A DNA stretch of 64,000 nt from Amoebidium appalachense (taxonomy: Eukaryota > Protista > Ichthyosporea). How positions within the stretch are numbered: position 1 is the stretch's first letter; every line of letters starts with the position of its first letter. Location of the stretch: positions 1,178,001 to 1,242,000 of the forward strand of contig CAVNZM010000011.1 of NCBI GenBank assembly GCA_963693365.1. Reading direction: 5' to 3'. Of this stretch, positions 18,841 through 29,983 are shown piece after piece. The translations under genes were made by a program, and so were the position numbers. Below the pieces are notes generated by a model. The model was given only the letters and a program-made list of their open reading frames with translations, searched no databases and was not told the DNA's origin.

Positions 18841-20844
18841 ATGGCGGGCGAATTTGACGACTACCCTGTACTCTCGGACAATGAAAGCAAACTGACACGT
18901 GACACCAAGAAGCCTACCGCAGTCAAACCGCCGCCCCCAACGCAGAAGAAAGCCAAGACTCCGGGGCAGGGCACGAAAACACTCCCCACCCCTCCCCCTA
19001 CACAGCCTCGTGCTCCCCAGAAACCGAACACGATCACAAAACCCAACACACACACGAACACAAAGGCAACTACGAAGCCCACTGGCAACGAACAAACGAA
19101 GCCCAACGAAAGCACGAAACCCAAAGACAAAACGAAGCGCAACGAACACACGAAAACCAACGAACATACGAACACCAACGAACACACGAACACCAACAAA
19201 CACACGAACGAACTTCAAGTAGCAACGAAGGAAAAAACGAAACAAGACCGGGACACTGCCACAGCTCTGGCAGAGGTGCGGGGCCGTGTTCTCTCCAAGT
19301 TCTATCGTATTGAAACTCTGAGACGTGCCATTCAAACTGCAATCGATGCTGGGCGGCCTGTGATGGACCTCGAAGCTGATGTCGCGCAGATTTACAGTGA
19401 GATTTCGCAGATGGAAGACACCACACTGTCTAGAATGTTGTGCACGTCCGCGAAATGGTCTGAGTTGGAGCGGGAAGCACAGTTGGTGGCTGAGGCACGT
19501 GTGAAAAATACGACGGTGCCCACCACCCCCCGTCCTCCCCCACCCACCACAGGCAAGAAGCCTTTGTCCCCGGTCCCATCTGGGTGCACTGATCCCAAGG
19601 TAATTGCACCTCCCGCACCCCCCACTAAATTTACATATAAGGATGTGCTTGCGCGCACACTCAGCTACACTGATTCTGATGCTGAAAATGAAGAAAAACA
19701 CGAACAAAGTTACGAAGACACACCCACAAACGAAAACGAACACATGACTGCGAAAGTGCATGAAGAAGATCACTTCGACCAGCCTAAAGCACCCGTATTT
19801 AACGAAATCCCCCTTGCAGGATCCCCTCTGGCGTCTGCAGGTGGACTGGCAGGCACGCCAAGTCGCCCGAGAGGCTCTGATGTCAGCACAGGCTCAGGAG
19901 GTAAGGCTGGGTCTATATTGAACAAGCACTTTGCAGAGCACGAAAAACTGTGGTTGCACCCTCTCCGCCAGTTGCATGCATCCGAATACGGCCCCATCTT
20001 GGCTGCATTGAAACTACCAGAATACAAGGGTGACTTGCAGGATAAATGCACGGTGATTGAATGGCTGCACGAATTTTCCCAGCAGATGTTTTGCATTGCA
20101 GGGGTCCCCCCCACACTTGCTGTTCGCTGGGCGGTGCAGTGCTTTCCTCTTGCTTCCCCCGCCCGTGTGTGGTACACGAATTTTACCAGGACACAGGGAG
20201 AACTCACGTTTGATGCATTTGCACATGCACTAGTTACGAAATTTCACGACCAGCGTGTGCACAAAGAGGCACTCAGTGCCGAATTAAATGCACTCAAACA
20301 AGGCAAGCAAAAGGTGGCCGAATTTGCAAGCAGGCATGCGCGTTTGTGGGCACGTGTGTACCCCCTTAAGTCTGAGGCACACCAAATTTTGGATTTGTCT
20401 CACCGATTGGGTGGGGAAGACGAACAAGAATTTCGCAAATATCAACTCAGACAAACACGAAAAGAAGAAGAATTGACCCTGTCTGGAGTTGTTGCCTATC
20501 TCGCAGAAAAAGAAAGAGACAGGCACACACGAACCCCATCCACCATTCTAACACAGAAACCCCCCACAAAACAGCAACCCGGTGGTGGATCTGGTGCCAG
20601 CGAGAAGCCGTCTATTTTTTCGCGCATGGGCACCACCCCCTGCAACCGTGGGTGCAAGTACGGCAGCCACGCCGAAGGCAAGACGTGCCCGGCCCTCAAA
20701 TTCGAATGCCACTCCTGCAAGCAGAAGGGGCACTTTGGGGGGTCACCAATTTGCCCCAAGTACGACCCCAACTTTAAGAAGGGAACCCGCAAGGCAGAGA
20801 TTGAGGCTAATCGGGCCAAGTTCAAGAGAGCACGTGTAGAATAG
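18841..20844 (+). CDS. gag: Gag polyprotein, 667 aa
   Basis: Low-complexity N-terminus (NEHTNT repeats), retrotransposon capsid-like region (ARVWY...TFDAFAHALVTKF...LNALKQGKQKVAEFASR) and a double zinc knuckle CNRGCKYGSH...CPA..ECHSCKQKGHF....IC. Confidence 0.92.
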   Translation: MAGEFDDYPVLSDNESKLTRDTKKPTAVKPPPPTQKKAKTPGQGTKTLPTPPPTQPRAPQKPNTITKPNTHTNTKATTKPTGNEQTKPNESTKPKDKTKRNEHTKTNEHTNTNEHTNTNKHTNELQVATKEKTKQDRDTATALAEVRGRVLSKFYRIETLRRAIQTAIDAGRPVMDLEADVAQIYSEISQMEDTTLSRMLCTSAKWSELEREAQLVAEARVKNTTVPTTPRPPPPTTGKKPLSPVPSGCTDPKVIAPPAPPTKFTYKDVLARTLSYTDSDAENEEKHEQSYEDTPTNENEHMTAKVHEEDHFDQPKAPVFNEIPLAGSPLASAGGLAGTPSRPRGSDVSTGSGGKAGSILNKHFAEHEKLWLHPLRQLHASEYGPILAALKLPEYKGDLQDKCTVIEWLHEFSQQMFCIAGVPPTLAVRWAVQCFPLASPARVWYTNFTRTQGELTFDAFAHALVTKFHDQRVHKEALSAELNALKQGKQKVAEFASRHARLWARVYPLKSEAHQILDLSHRLGGEDEQEFRKYQLRQTRKEEELTLSGVVAYLAEKERDRHTRTPSTILTQKPPTKQQPGGGSGASEKPSIFSRMGTTPCNRGCKYGSHAEGKTCPALKFECHSCKQKGHFGGSPICPKYDPNFKKGTRKAEIEANRAKFKRARVE

Positions 20845-23800
20845 GAAGGCGGGCAAGGGACTGGTCTCTCCCCAGTAGAACATAATGTATTTGATTTAAT
20901 AGCAGAGCTGGAACTGTGTTCCCCTCTGGCAGATAAATTGCAAAATAAATCTACTGGTGCGGAAATTTCTGTTGTCTCGGAGCCCTCCCACGAATCTGCA
21001 TGTGCCCCACCCCCCCACGAACAGTTACCCCCGTGTACTGACCCCCCCATGCACACGCACACCCCGCCCCCGCGCAAAAAGAAAAATGTGCATTTTGCTG
21101 ACCGTGTGCACTCCTCCATTGCAGAACCACGGCATGAAAATGCCACTGTGTGCACATTAACCCACGAAAATAAATGCACAGCCACACTTGCGCGAATGTA
21201 TGTGCATGGGAAGCTAGTCACAGTAGTTGTCGACTCTGGTGCTAGCCATAGCTGTATAAGCACAGCATTTTACGAATCTCTCCCTGTAGTGGCAAGAAAA
21301 CGAATTCAGCATGTTCCTAATTTTAGTGTACTGGATGCACAAAGTAACGAAATGACATGCCAAGGAAGTATATCTCTCACTCTCGCCATTCCCAACGAAT
21401 CTGCTCTAGTGGTGCACAGATGGCATGTGATTGATAATCTACCATATGATGCCTTATTAGGTGTTGATTTCATGGGGCCACAACAGGGACGAATTGATTA
21501 CGGTGCTGCAGAACTTTCGTTCATGTATGCTAAGGGAAATCGCAGGTGCAGTATTCCGGTGTGGTGGTTGCGTGGGAGTGCGGAGGAGACAGCTGTTTCT
21601 CGCGTATTAATTACCACCACAGGTATTCACCTCCCGGTAGATGCGTCAAATATCGCAACGTGTAAAATAAAACTCGCTGCCGGCGCACCACCACCACGAA
21701 CTTTAGACTGTTGTATGGGCACAGTGGTTCCATGTGGTCCACTTAATTCACGGGCTTACACAACAGCATGCAGTGTCACCAGTTTAGCTCGAATTTCGAA
21801 TAACGAACCCCCCCTCTCCACTAGCGAAGAAAGTGTGATCGAGGACGAATACGAATGCAAGGTGTTGTTGACTAACACATCGGACCATCATGTGTACCTA
21901 GGCCCTGGTACGGAGGTGGCCATGTTTATTCCCTTGCAATCAGATGACACTGTTACTCTTTTAGCACGTCCACACTCCGGTAATGGAACCAGGAGGGCGA
22001 CAACCCCACACCCTGGCCATCCATTAGGTACCTCTGCTAAAACGAACTTTTCTTCGCAGGAATCAACCGAAGAACCCACCGAACACGAACCACACACTTT
22101 CCAGGCGGCTACTAATATTAACGGTAGTATTAAGGTGTGTGAACGGAGTAAAATTATGAATATGAGTACGAAAAAGAACACCACACAGCGCAGTTCCACG
22201 AAAATGAATGGTTTTGGTAATCCAGCACGAACAAAACCAGAGGTAGGGCCACCTACTATCGAAGCAGCAGATGGGGCACCATCTACCACTGCACTGGAGG
22301 ATACGAATAATTTACGAAAGCGTACGCACGAATGTACCTCCGACGGGGAAGCCGCCACAGACGACGACTTGCCTTTTGGGGTCAAACCTCCAGAAGAATA
22401 CGACATGCCTGGAACTCCCCCAGACCAACGGAAACCGTTGGCGAAACGGATACGAAAACTGCTTAAGAAATGGAAGCATGTGTTCTCTGTCTGCACACGA
22501 CAACGACTTTGGTTTGAGTACCTTAGACGAACTGTCGATCGAAGTAACTACCACCATACCACAGTACCGCAGGCCCTATAACATCCCACATCACCTTCGC
22601 GATAGCCTACACAAACAAATTCAAAATTGGGTAGAGTTTGGAGTGATTGAGCCTGCGTCCAGCCCTTACTCCGCTCCGATGGTGTTGGTGGCGAAAAAGG
22701 ACGGGTCTTTAAGAGTCTGCATTGATTTTAGAATGCTGAACTTGATTACGAAGAAAGACGGTTACCCTTTACCACGAATTGACATGGCTCTGGGTATGCT
22801 CAGAGGTGCCCGCGTGTTTTCCGCACTTGATTTAAACGGTGGTTACCACCAAGTCAAAGTAGCCGATAACGACAAAGAAAAACTTGCATTTACCACCCCC
22901 TGGGGGCAGTATCAATTCGCACGCGCACCTTTTGGAGTAAGTAACATGCCTGCTGTCTTTTCAAGGATGATGAACCGTGTATTCGCTGGTATGCTGTGGA
23001 CACATGTACTCATATATCTCGATGATATATTAGTTATGTCACCCACTATCGAAGAACATTTTGGGCATTTAGATTCATGTTTTTCCCGGCTCTGTGATGC
23101 AGGATTAAAACTGAAAGGCAGAAAATGCTCTTTGTTCATGGAAGAAGTTGGCTATTTAGGCCATCGCGTATGCCCGGATGGTATTAAGGTAGACCCAGAA
23201 AAAGTGGCAGCAATAAAGAATAAAAGCTACCCACAAAATTTATCTGAGCTACGAAGTGACCTCGGGTTATTTTCATATTATCGAATATTTGTGGACGATT
23301 TCAGCCATACGGCTGAACCACTCACGCGAATGCTGGGCACCTCGAAGGAGGATTCAGAATTACTAAAACGAATTCACGCAAAAATGCCCCCCTCTACGAA
23401 ACCCGCCAAACGCAACGGCAGCGCAAAACAACGAAAAGACGAAGCAAAAAATTTGCACGCCGATTCTGCAGCTATTTTGGCCACGAAAAAGAAAGCACAG
23501 AAAAATGCTGCATGGGTGTGGGGTACGGAACAGGAGAAAGCATACGATACCCTTAAGAATGCGTTAATTAATGCACCTGTGCTTGCTCACCCCGATTTCA
23601 CCAAACCTTTTATTGTTGACTCAGATGCTTCACAGTATGCTCTGGGCGCAGTGATTTCGCATGTAGGTGATGACGGCAAAGAACGACCCATAGCTTATGC
23701 TAGCAGAACACTCTCTAAGAGTGAACGAAATTATGCGGCGAATAAAAGGGAAGCCTTAGGTGTGTATTGGGCTGTGTGCAAAGCATTTCGCGCTTACACC

Positions 23801-25750
23801 TATGGGGCTCCTTTCTTGTTACGAACCGACCACTCCAGCTTGACGCGCATTCTGTCTACCGGCGATGCACCGGAACCTGTTGTTGCAGGCTGGCAAATGG
23901 CGCTTTCCGCATACACATACGAAATTCAGCACAGGGCGGGCAAACACCACAGCAATGCTGATGGACTCTCTCGGCCATCTAAAGAAAATGCGCAACCAGG
24001 ACCCGAAGATACTGAGCTGACATACCCCTCACTGATCGGCACAGTCTCGGGCTCGTCCACGGTGTTTGCGGTAACACGCTCCGCCGCAGCGACAGCGCAG
24101 GCACAAGCTGCCACCCACCCACCCCCAGCTGAACCCACGAAACCTAATACCACGCCGCCAGAATTTATTCCCCCAAAAGCGGATGGACGAATGCCCACCT
24201 ATGAACAGTATGTGTCAGCACAGAAGGCTGATAAACACATTGCGAAAGTCAGGGCCTACCTGGAAAAAGCACCGGGCTACGAATTATTTGGCAACGAAAT
24301 CGCGATGGAAGCTAGTCGCTGCACCATAGACAATGACCTTGTGTATGTGTGGGTCCTAGAACAGCGTGGCCCCCGCAAACCCAGCAAGGAACCACGAATT
24401 TGGGTGCCGTCTACGCTTGTGCGCCTCGTTTTGGCCGCATGTCACGACGCCCCAACCGCAGGTCACCTCGACGCAGCACGCACCTTCCACCGTGTTACCC
24501 AGATAGCATGGTGGCCACGTGTATGGCAAGACTCGGTGCAGTGGGTAACCACATGCAAAGCCTGTCAATACCGGAAGACACCCCGAATGCAAAAGAAACT
24601 ACGAATTCACGATGGTTTTATCCCCACCTATCCCTTTCAATACGTGTCTATGGACATTACTGAGATGCCTACGAAATCTGATCTCAGAGTTTCCCTGTTG
24701 GTGTTTCTCGACCTCTTCACTCGCTAGCCGGAAGTGATTTTATTTCACAAAACACCCACAGCCGAAGATGTGGCAAAGGCATTCGAAGACTCCATCTACT
24801 GCCGTCACGGTCGTCCGGAATTTTTAGTATCAGACAACGGCGCGAATTTGGCAGCTATGTTGGTCACAGATGTCTGTCGAGTGTTGGCTACAAAACGAAT
24901 TTTTGCAAGTCCCTACAGCCCCCAGACCAATGGTGCCGTAGAGCGATTCAATCGCACACTTAAGAATATTCTTGCCACTCTCGTGCAGGATAAACACCAC
25001 GAATGGATTGACTACTTACCGCAAGTACTGTTTTCCTACCGCACCGCCTACCACTCTTCCTTGGGGGACACGCCATTCTTCATGCTTTATGGCAGAGATC
25101 CGGTCGAGCCCCCCCGCCCCCCAATTGCGGCTTCATGTGGGATGGAGACGGAGGAATACCGTCGAGAACTACTGCAACGAGTGCAGTATGCCCGGCAAAC
25201 AGTCACACGAATTATGTCTGAAGCTGCCCGTCGTAGTAAAATCACGGCTAACAAAAATGCTCGTGAACCCACAGAACTCGAGGGTCTGGTGTTGAAAGCA
25301 GTCACAGACTCCACCACCGACCACAGTCTACCCACGGCACTCAGACCTAAATGGGAAGGTCCGTATCGCGTCCTGCGGCGCGTTACCGACGCCCCCATGT
25401 CTTACGAAATTCAGCGGGTTGGGTCAACGGACACCGTTCGAGCACACGCACGTCGCTTGAAGCCGTATTTTCCCCGTGACGACGTTGATATGACGCCAGC
25501 CGACTCTGGTCCGCAAGATTCACCCACCCCCACCTTCGAAGTGGCAAAAATTATTGCCCACAAGTACGACTCGGCAACTGCCCAAGCCCTTTACAAAGTT
25601 CGTTGGAAAGGGTACACGGCTAAGAACGACACCTGGGAACCTCACTCCGGCCTGCAAGACACAGCCGCAGGAGCACTCACAGACTACCTAGGTACTTTGG
25701 TGGCCGGCCCTGCCAGCCAGCCCGCACGAAAGAAGCGCCGACGTCGCTAA
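20845..25750 (+). pseudogene. pol: pol (protease, RT, RNase H, integrase, chromodomain), interrupted by one frameshift and one nonsense codon
   Basis: VVVDSGASHS protease; RT with YPLPRID, APFGVSNMPA and YLDD; RNase H DASQYALGA...TDH...NADGLSR; integrase H..GH...C..C, VSMD, SDNG, AVERFN and GPY; chromodomain FEVAKII...YKVRWKGY...DTWEP. A TCTG duplication at 22486-22493 shifts the frame, and there is a TAG at 24725-24727 in DLFTR*PE. Confidence 0.93.
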
Positions 25751-25801
25751 CTTCCCTCAGCCTGGTGGTTTACCGTCTCCAGACCATACCACCAGGCTCC
25801 C

Positions 25802-25814
25802 GAGAAGGGGGGAG
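25802..25814 (+). other. Polypurine tract
   Basis: GAGAAGGGGGGAG directly abuts the 3' LTR. Confidence 0.9.
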
Positions 25815-26424
25815 TGTAAACATCTGTACACGCCGTACATGTTTACTATTACGAATATACTGTACATATCATAGTGATCACGTAGATATTGTGTACATAT
25901 GATCAGATCAATATCACACGCGACAGCCGCGGGCTGCGGCTCACGACTGAGCCGCGGCGCCGGCAATATGCAGTGGCCGTGCAGTCAGTATGAACCAATA
26001 GAATTCGAGAACCGCTAGGATAGGAATGCAAGTCTCATCCACTACGGAGGCGACATCTATAGCTAAACGAACGGAACCAATAAGGAAATCAGACCCAGTT
26101 GCATAAACCTAAACGGGCTTAAGTATTGACCAATCATTTGCCACAAAGTTATCCTTTTAGTTAGCTTCATGTTATTGGTGCACTGTGTGCACATAAAGAC
26201 GACCGCACTCTTCTGACTGGTCAGAAGTCACGAAGGCATCAATGCCACCCATCCAGATGATCCGGAACCTGGGGGCTATATAAACAAGCCGTCCCAGTAC
26301 GGGGGATCACTCTGAACGAGCACATTAAATAGTAACCTGGCCGCGTGTGCCTTACTACCCGTTCTCTGTCTTTATTCTGATTCAGTTGTTCTCTGCCTTA
26401 TCCCAACTAGTTCAACTGTTTACA
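25815..26424 (+). repeat. 3' LTR (610 bp)
   Basis: Copy of 18179-18788 with one substitution, followed by TSD TGCAG. Confidence 0.98.
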
Positions 26425-27089
26425 TGCAGTGAATAGCGGCCACTTATCGACTGAAAAAACAATAGATGGAAGACAGCAAGCAGCTGTACCGGTAGGGACC
26501 GTGAATGATCCGTGTAGTTTATTGACTCACGGCTTGAGGGCTTTAATTACAGATCTTGGCTAAGACACAGGCTAGCAGGCCACTACACTTGCACGTGCAA
26601 CGCGCGGGTACATAGTGCAACCTTGGCCATGGCCATCTCGAGTCTCTAGATGGCCGTGAACCTTGGCTTATGTAAAGCCACAAGGACCGAGTGGAAGGTG
26701 ATAGTCACATCCAGATGCAATAATGGTTAGGCCACGACACAACTACATAAAAAGCTAATTCAGCAGAGTAAAAACCATAATCTTGATGATGGCAGGAGAG
26801 GTCCCTAGGGGAAAAAGTCGTGTTGAGCTTCATACGGGAAGCAGCAGTGAAAGGGTGGAGGGAGGAGCACCAATCGAAGGGGGGGAGGGAGAGGGGGGGA
26901 GGGAGGGAGGGAGGGGGGGGGGGGAGAAGAGAGCGAGAGAGCACTGGCAAGAGATCGAGAGCGAGAGAGAGAGAGGGAGAGAGAGAGAAAGGGAGAGGGG
27001 GGGGGGCCGGGGGACGGGGGGAAAGGGGGGGGGGGGGGGGGAGGGGGGGGGGAGGGGAGGAAGGGAGGAGGGGGAGAGAGAGAAGGTGT

Positions 27090-27128
<39 letters not shown>

Positions 27129-27419
27129 GGGGAAGGAGAGAGCAAGAGACATAGAGAGAAGAGAGAAGAGGCGGAAATGAAGAAAAGGAGAGAAAAGGGG
27201 GAGGCCGTGTAGTGTGTGGATGTGGGTAAGTTGTTGTCTGGTGTGTGCATAGGTACATGCGGCCGTGTGTGTGTTGGCGCGTGGGTTAATGACTGGAGAG
27301 ATTTTAACTACGCTGAAATGTGCTTGGGTTGGTGTGGGTGGGTAGTTGGGTGGTTGGGTTAATGGGCTTGTATACTGTCTCCTTCTTGCATAGGCATTTT
27401 TCTTTCTTTCTTTCTTTTT

Positions 27420-27429
<10 letters not shown>

Positions 27430-27496
<67 letters not shown>
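27430..27496 (+). repeat. Poly-G tract (~67 nt), the longest noted of many G/C homopolymers
   Basis: Direct reading; exact length may be an assembly estimate. Confidence 0.9.
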
Positions 27497-27497
<1 letters not shown>

Positions 27498-27565
27498 GGG
27501 GGGGGGGGGAGGGGGAGGCAAAAAGAAAGTAGCAAGTTCCAGTCGGACTGGTTGCATGACTTTAA

Positions 27566-28688
27566 GGGGAATATACCCCTGCAGCGGGTCGGGGGGCCCC
27601 GCGGTCAAGCTAATGCGTGATCACATACCAATCGACATCCCGGATTGATCAATCATTAGAAAAGCTCTGATAAGATTCGTGAGTCAGATGACCAATAGGA
27701 TGCATTTGATGAAATGACGTAATTGCTGGTGCAAGGCGTTGCATGTAAAAACGGTCGCAACGAGCAACAAACATGTTGATAATTGTTTTTTTTATATATA
27801 GCTAGTGCTCTATACAAAGCAAAACACTATAACTAATGTCGTTGTGATAACTTCTCTATTGATTAGTGAATTTGCTTAGTTAAGCAGGAACAAGAGAGAG
27901 CGAATAAGGAACGGTTTGTATAGAGCACTAGAGGATAAAAAAAAATGAATTTTGAGCCCACATGTTGGGGGGGTCCATCCCGCCCCTTGCCCAGCATTTT
28001 TTCTTTTGACTCGGTTTTATTGATCCTTTGACGAAGGCAACGTGCAGCCACAGGCTACATAACCACCAATAGAACTGAAAAAGCCAAAGCTACGGAAAAA
28101 AAATAAAGCGACAAGTGACAAAGGACACCAGCGGGCAAAACCTTGAGTGTACGTGTATGCGTGAAACTAGTTTGCTCCAACTAGTCATATGCATAACGTT
28201 GCATCGATGTTGACCAGACCACACTCCGCAAGAAGACATCATTACTGCTGCTTCCCAACAGGCCCCCCCCCTCAAAACCTACCGAGGCACAGCAAGCAAG
28301 TCAGCCTCTAAAAAAAGAGCAATGCAGACCAAGTCTGAGCTAAAAAACAATCCCAACGGGCCGGCCCCTAGATAACCCGGAGAAACTGCATCTAGCTCTC
28401 TGATAAGGTGGCCTAGTTGTGGCAGGACACACAGAAAAACACAATTACAGAATGCATGCAAGCAAACCCGGTCATTGCCATACGACTGGAGGCTAAGGTG
28501 CACGGAAAATACACATAATCGGCAATCACCTAAGTTTACAAAATGTCTCCCATAATCCATTGGTCATCTGGCTCACGGATCTAGGGAAGCTTTTCTTATC
28601 AGTGATCACTCGACGCATAGATTGGATCGTGATCACGTACGCACCTGGCCGCCGGGCCCTCCCGGCCCACCGCATCGGTATATCCCCC
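27566..28688. mobile_element. Non-autonomous DNA transposon (MITE-like) with long diverged TIRs and TTAA flanks, Kolobok-like
   Basis: ~27552-27730 aligns with the reverse complement of ~28510-28702 (TTTAAGGGG.ATATACC, GGG.CGGG.GGGCCC, CGTGATCAC...CCAATC, AGAAAAGCT, AGAT.CGTGAG.CAGATGACCAAT). TTAA at 27562-27565 and 28689-28692 flanks GG...CC termini. Confidence 0.65.
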
Positions 28689-29384
28689 TTAAAATCTTGC
28701 AATATAAAGGTCCCTCTGCCAAGAGAGCTTGGCCGGCCGCCGAGGGCCTGTCGTCGTCATGATCAGTGCCGTGGCACCGTGATCCAGGGCCAGACCAGTG
28801 CTCATATTTGCTTTTCACGTGAAAGAAACAGCGCTGTGATCGAAGTTTGTTCTGCAAAAAAAGGCCTTTTCATACTACGATGTAGTGTGGTGTGAGAAAA
28901 TGAGGGAAAGCAAGGAGAAGTTATATATATATATATTTGTATTTTCCTTTATATTTTTTTTTCGCATGAAGTTACAATGATTTGAACAGCATGGACAGCC
29001 GGTGTACGAGGACCGTCAGCCCTCACGCACGGTGACTCAGCCGCCCATCAAGCAACTCGCGGCAACACCGCGAAATATACAAAGCCGAAATGCTGGATTA
29101 TACTACCTAAAAGATGGATGTTATTATTGTTACAAGTTTAACGGTGATTTAAATCATTATGATTGGTTTACAATCAGACATTACATAGTACAGAGGAGTG
29201 TCCAAAAGTTGCCATATAGCACAACATACATGTCTTAATTTCTTAGCAAATATTTTATTATACTTGAAAAAGATAAGAAAATTTGATATAAGTTTCATTT
29301 ATGGCCCTAATACTAGATTTATGAGTTATGAGGAGAATAAGTGGTCCGTCCTTTACGATATAGCTATCATAACATGATTGTATT

Positions 29385-29445
29385 AATTGACCAATCAGAT
29401 GGCTATCTTAATTGCTTTTTTCATTCAGATGAAGGTATAAAAGCC
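29385..29445 (+). promoter_or_regulatory. CCAAT plus TATA core promoter
   Basis: GACCAATCAG at ~29389 and TATAAAAG at ~29436, upstream of the 29675 ORF. Confidence 0.45.
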
Positions 29446-29674
29446 AGGTGGCTTCATTTCATAAGGGCACTCTTCTAAAATCGCTGCCCAACGTGAAACG
29501 GCTATGACTGATTCTGCTGTGAAACGATCACCGCTAGCCGTAAGGCAACCCAACTGGAACACAAACCTTGACAGGAGAAAACCGAGTCGGCGTTGTTAAG
29601 CAAGCGCACTCTTTTGTACGCATGCTCTGTGATAATAATTTAGCATAACGCTTATCTACGAAACGCAAACGAGA

Positions 29675-29983
29675 ATGTCCGTCCAAGCGAATGTTTTCCT
29701 TATGTCCGGCTCCGTCATGGCACGGCGGCAGCCCGGGGTTCTCTCCGTCTACGGCGCACGTACGCTCCACACCTCCAAAAATGTGGGCAACCAACGTAAT
29801 GATGCCACCGATGTGAACTTGCAGGTTTCGGACAAGGTTGAAACCGACACGCCTCGTGCGGTTGCGAAGGAACAGCCCCGAGTGGCAAGAAGAGAGGAGG
29901 AGAGACCCAGGCAACGCACACCGGCCTACATGCAGACCAGCTACTTCGCTACTGAGCAAGTGCTGTTTGGCAATGATTTTTGA
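29675..29983 (+). CDS. Small hypothetical protein (102 aa), possible mitochondrial presequence
   Basis: Repeat-free ATG ORF downstream of CCAAT/TATA; N-terminus lacks acidic residues and contains GARTLHTS. No family recognised. Confidence 0.35.
   Translation: MSVQANVFLMSGSVMARRQPGVLSVYGARTLHTSKNVGNQRNDATDVNLQVSDKVETDTPRAVAKEQPRVARREEERPRQRTPAYMQTSYFATEQVLFGNDF

Larger units (their letters stand above)
18179..26424 (+). mobile_element. Full-length Ty3/Gypsy LTR retrotransposon with C-terminal chromodomain
   Basis: Paired 610-bp LTRs (TGTAAACA...TGTTTACA), 5-bp TSD TGCAG at 18174-18178 and 26425-26429, PBS, PPT, and gag then PR-RT-RH-IN-chromodomain order. Confidence 0.98.

Noticed and set aside
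22271-22581. Programmed +1 frameshift between protease and RT
   Set aside because: A 4-bp TCTG duplication explains it more simply, and no slippery site was recognised.
20842-24727. UAG reassignment (alternative genetic code) suggested by two in-frame TAGs
   Set aside because: Host genes end at TAG at the expected C-termini (38811, 53050).
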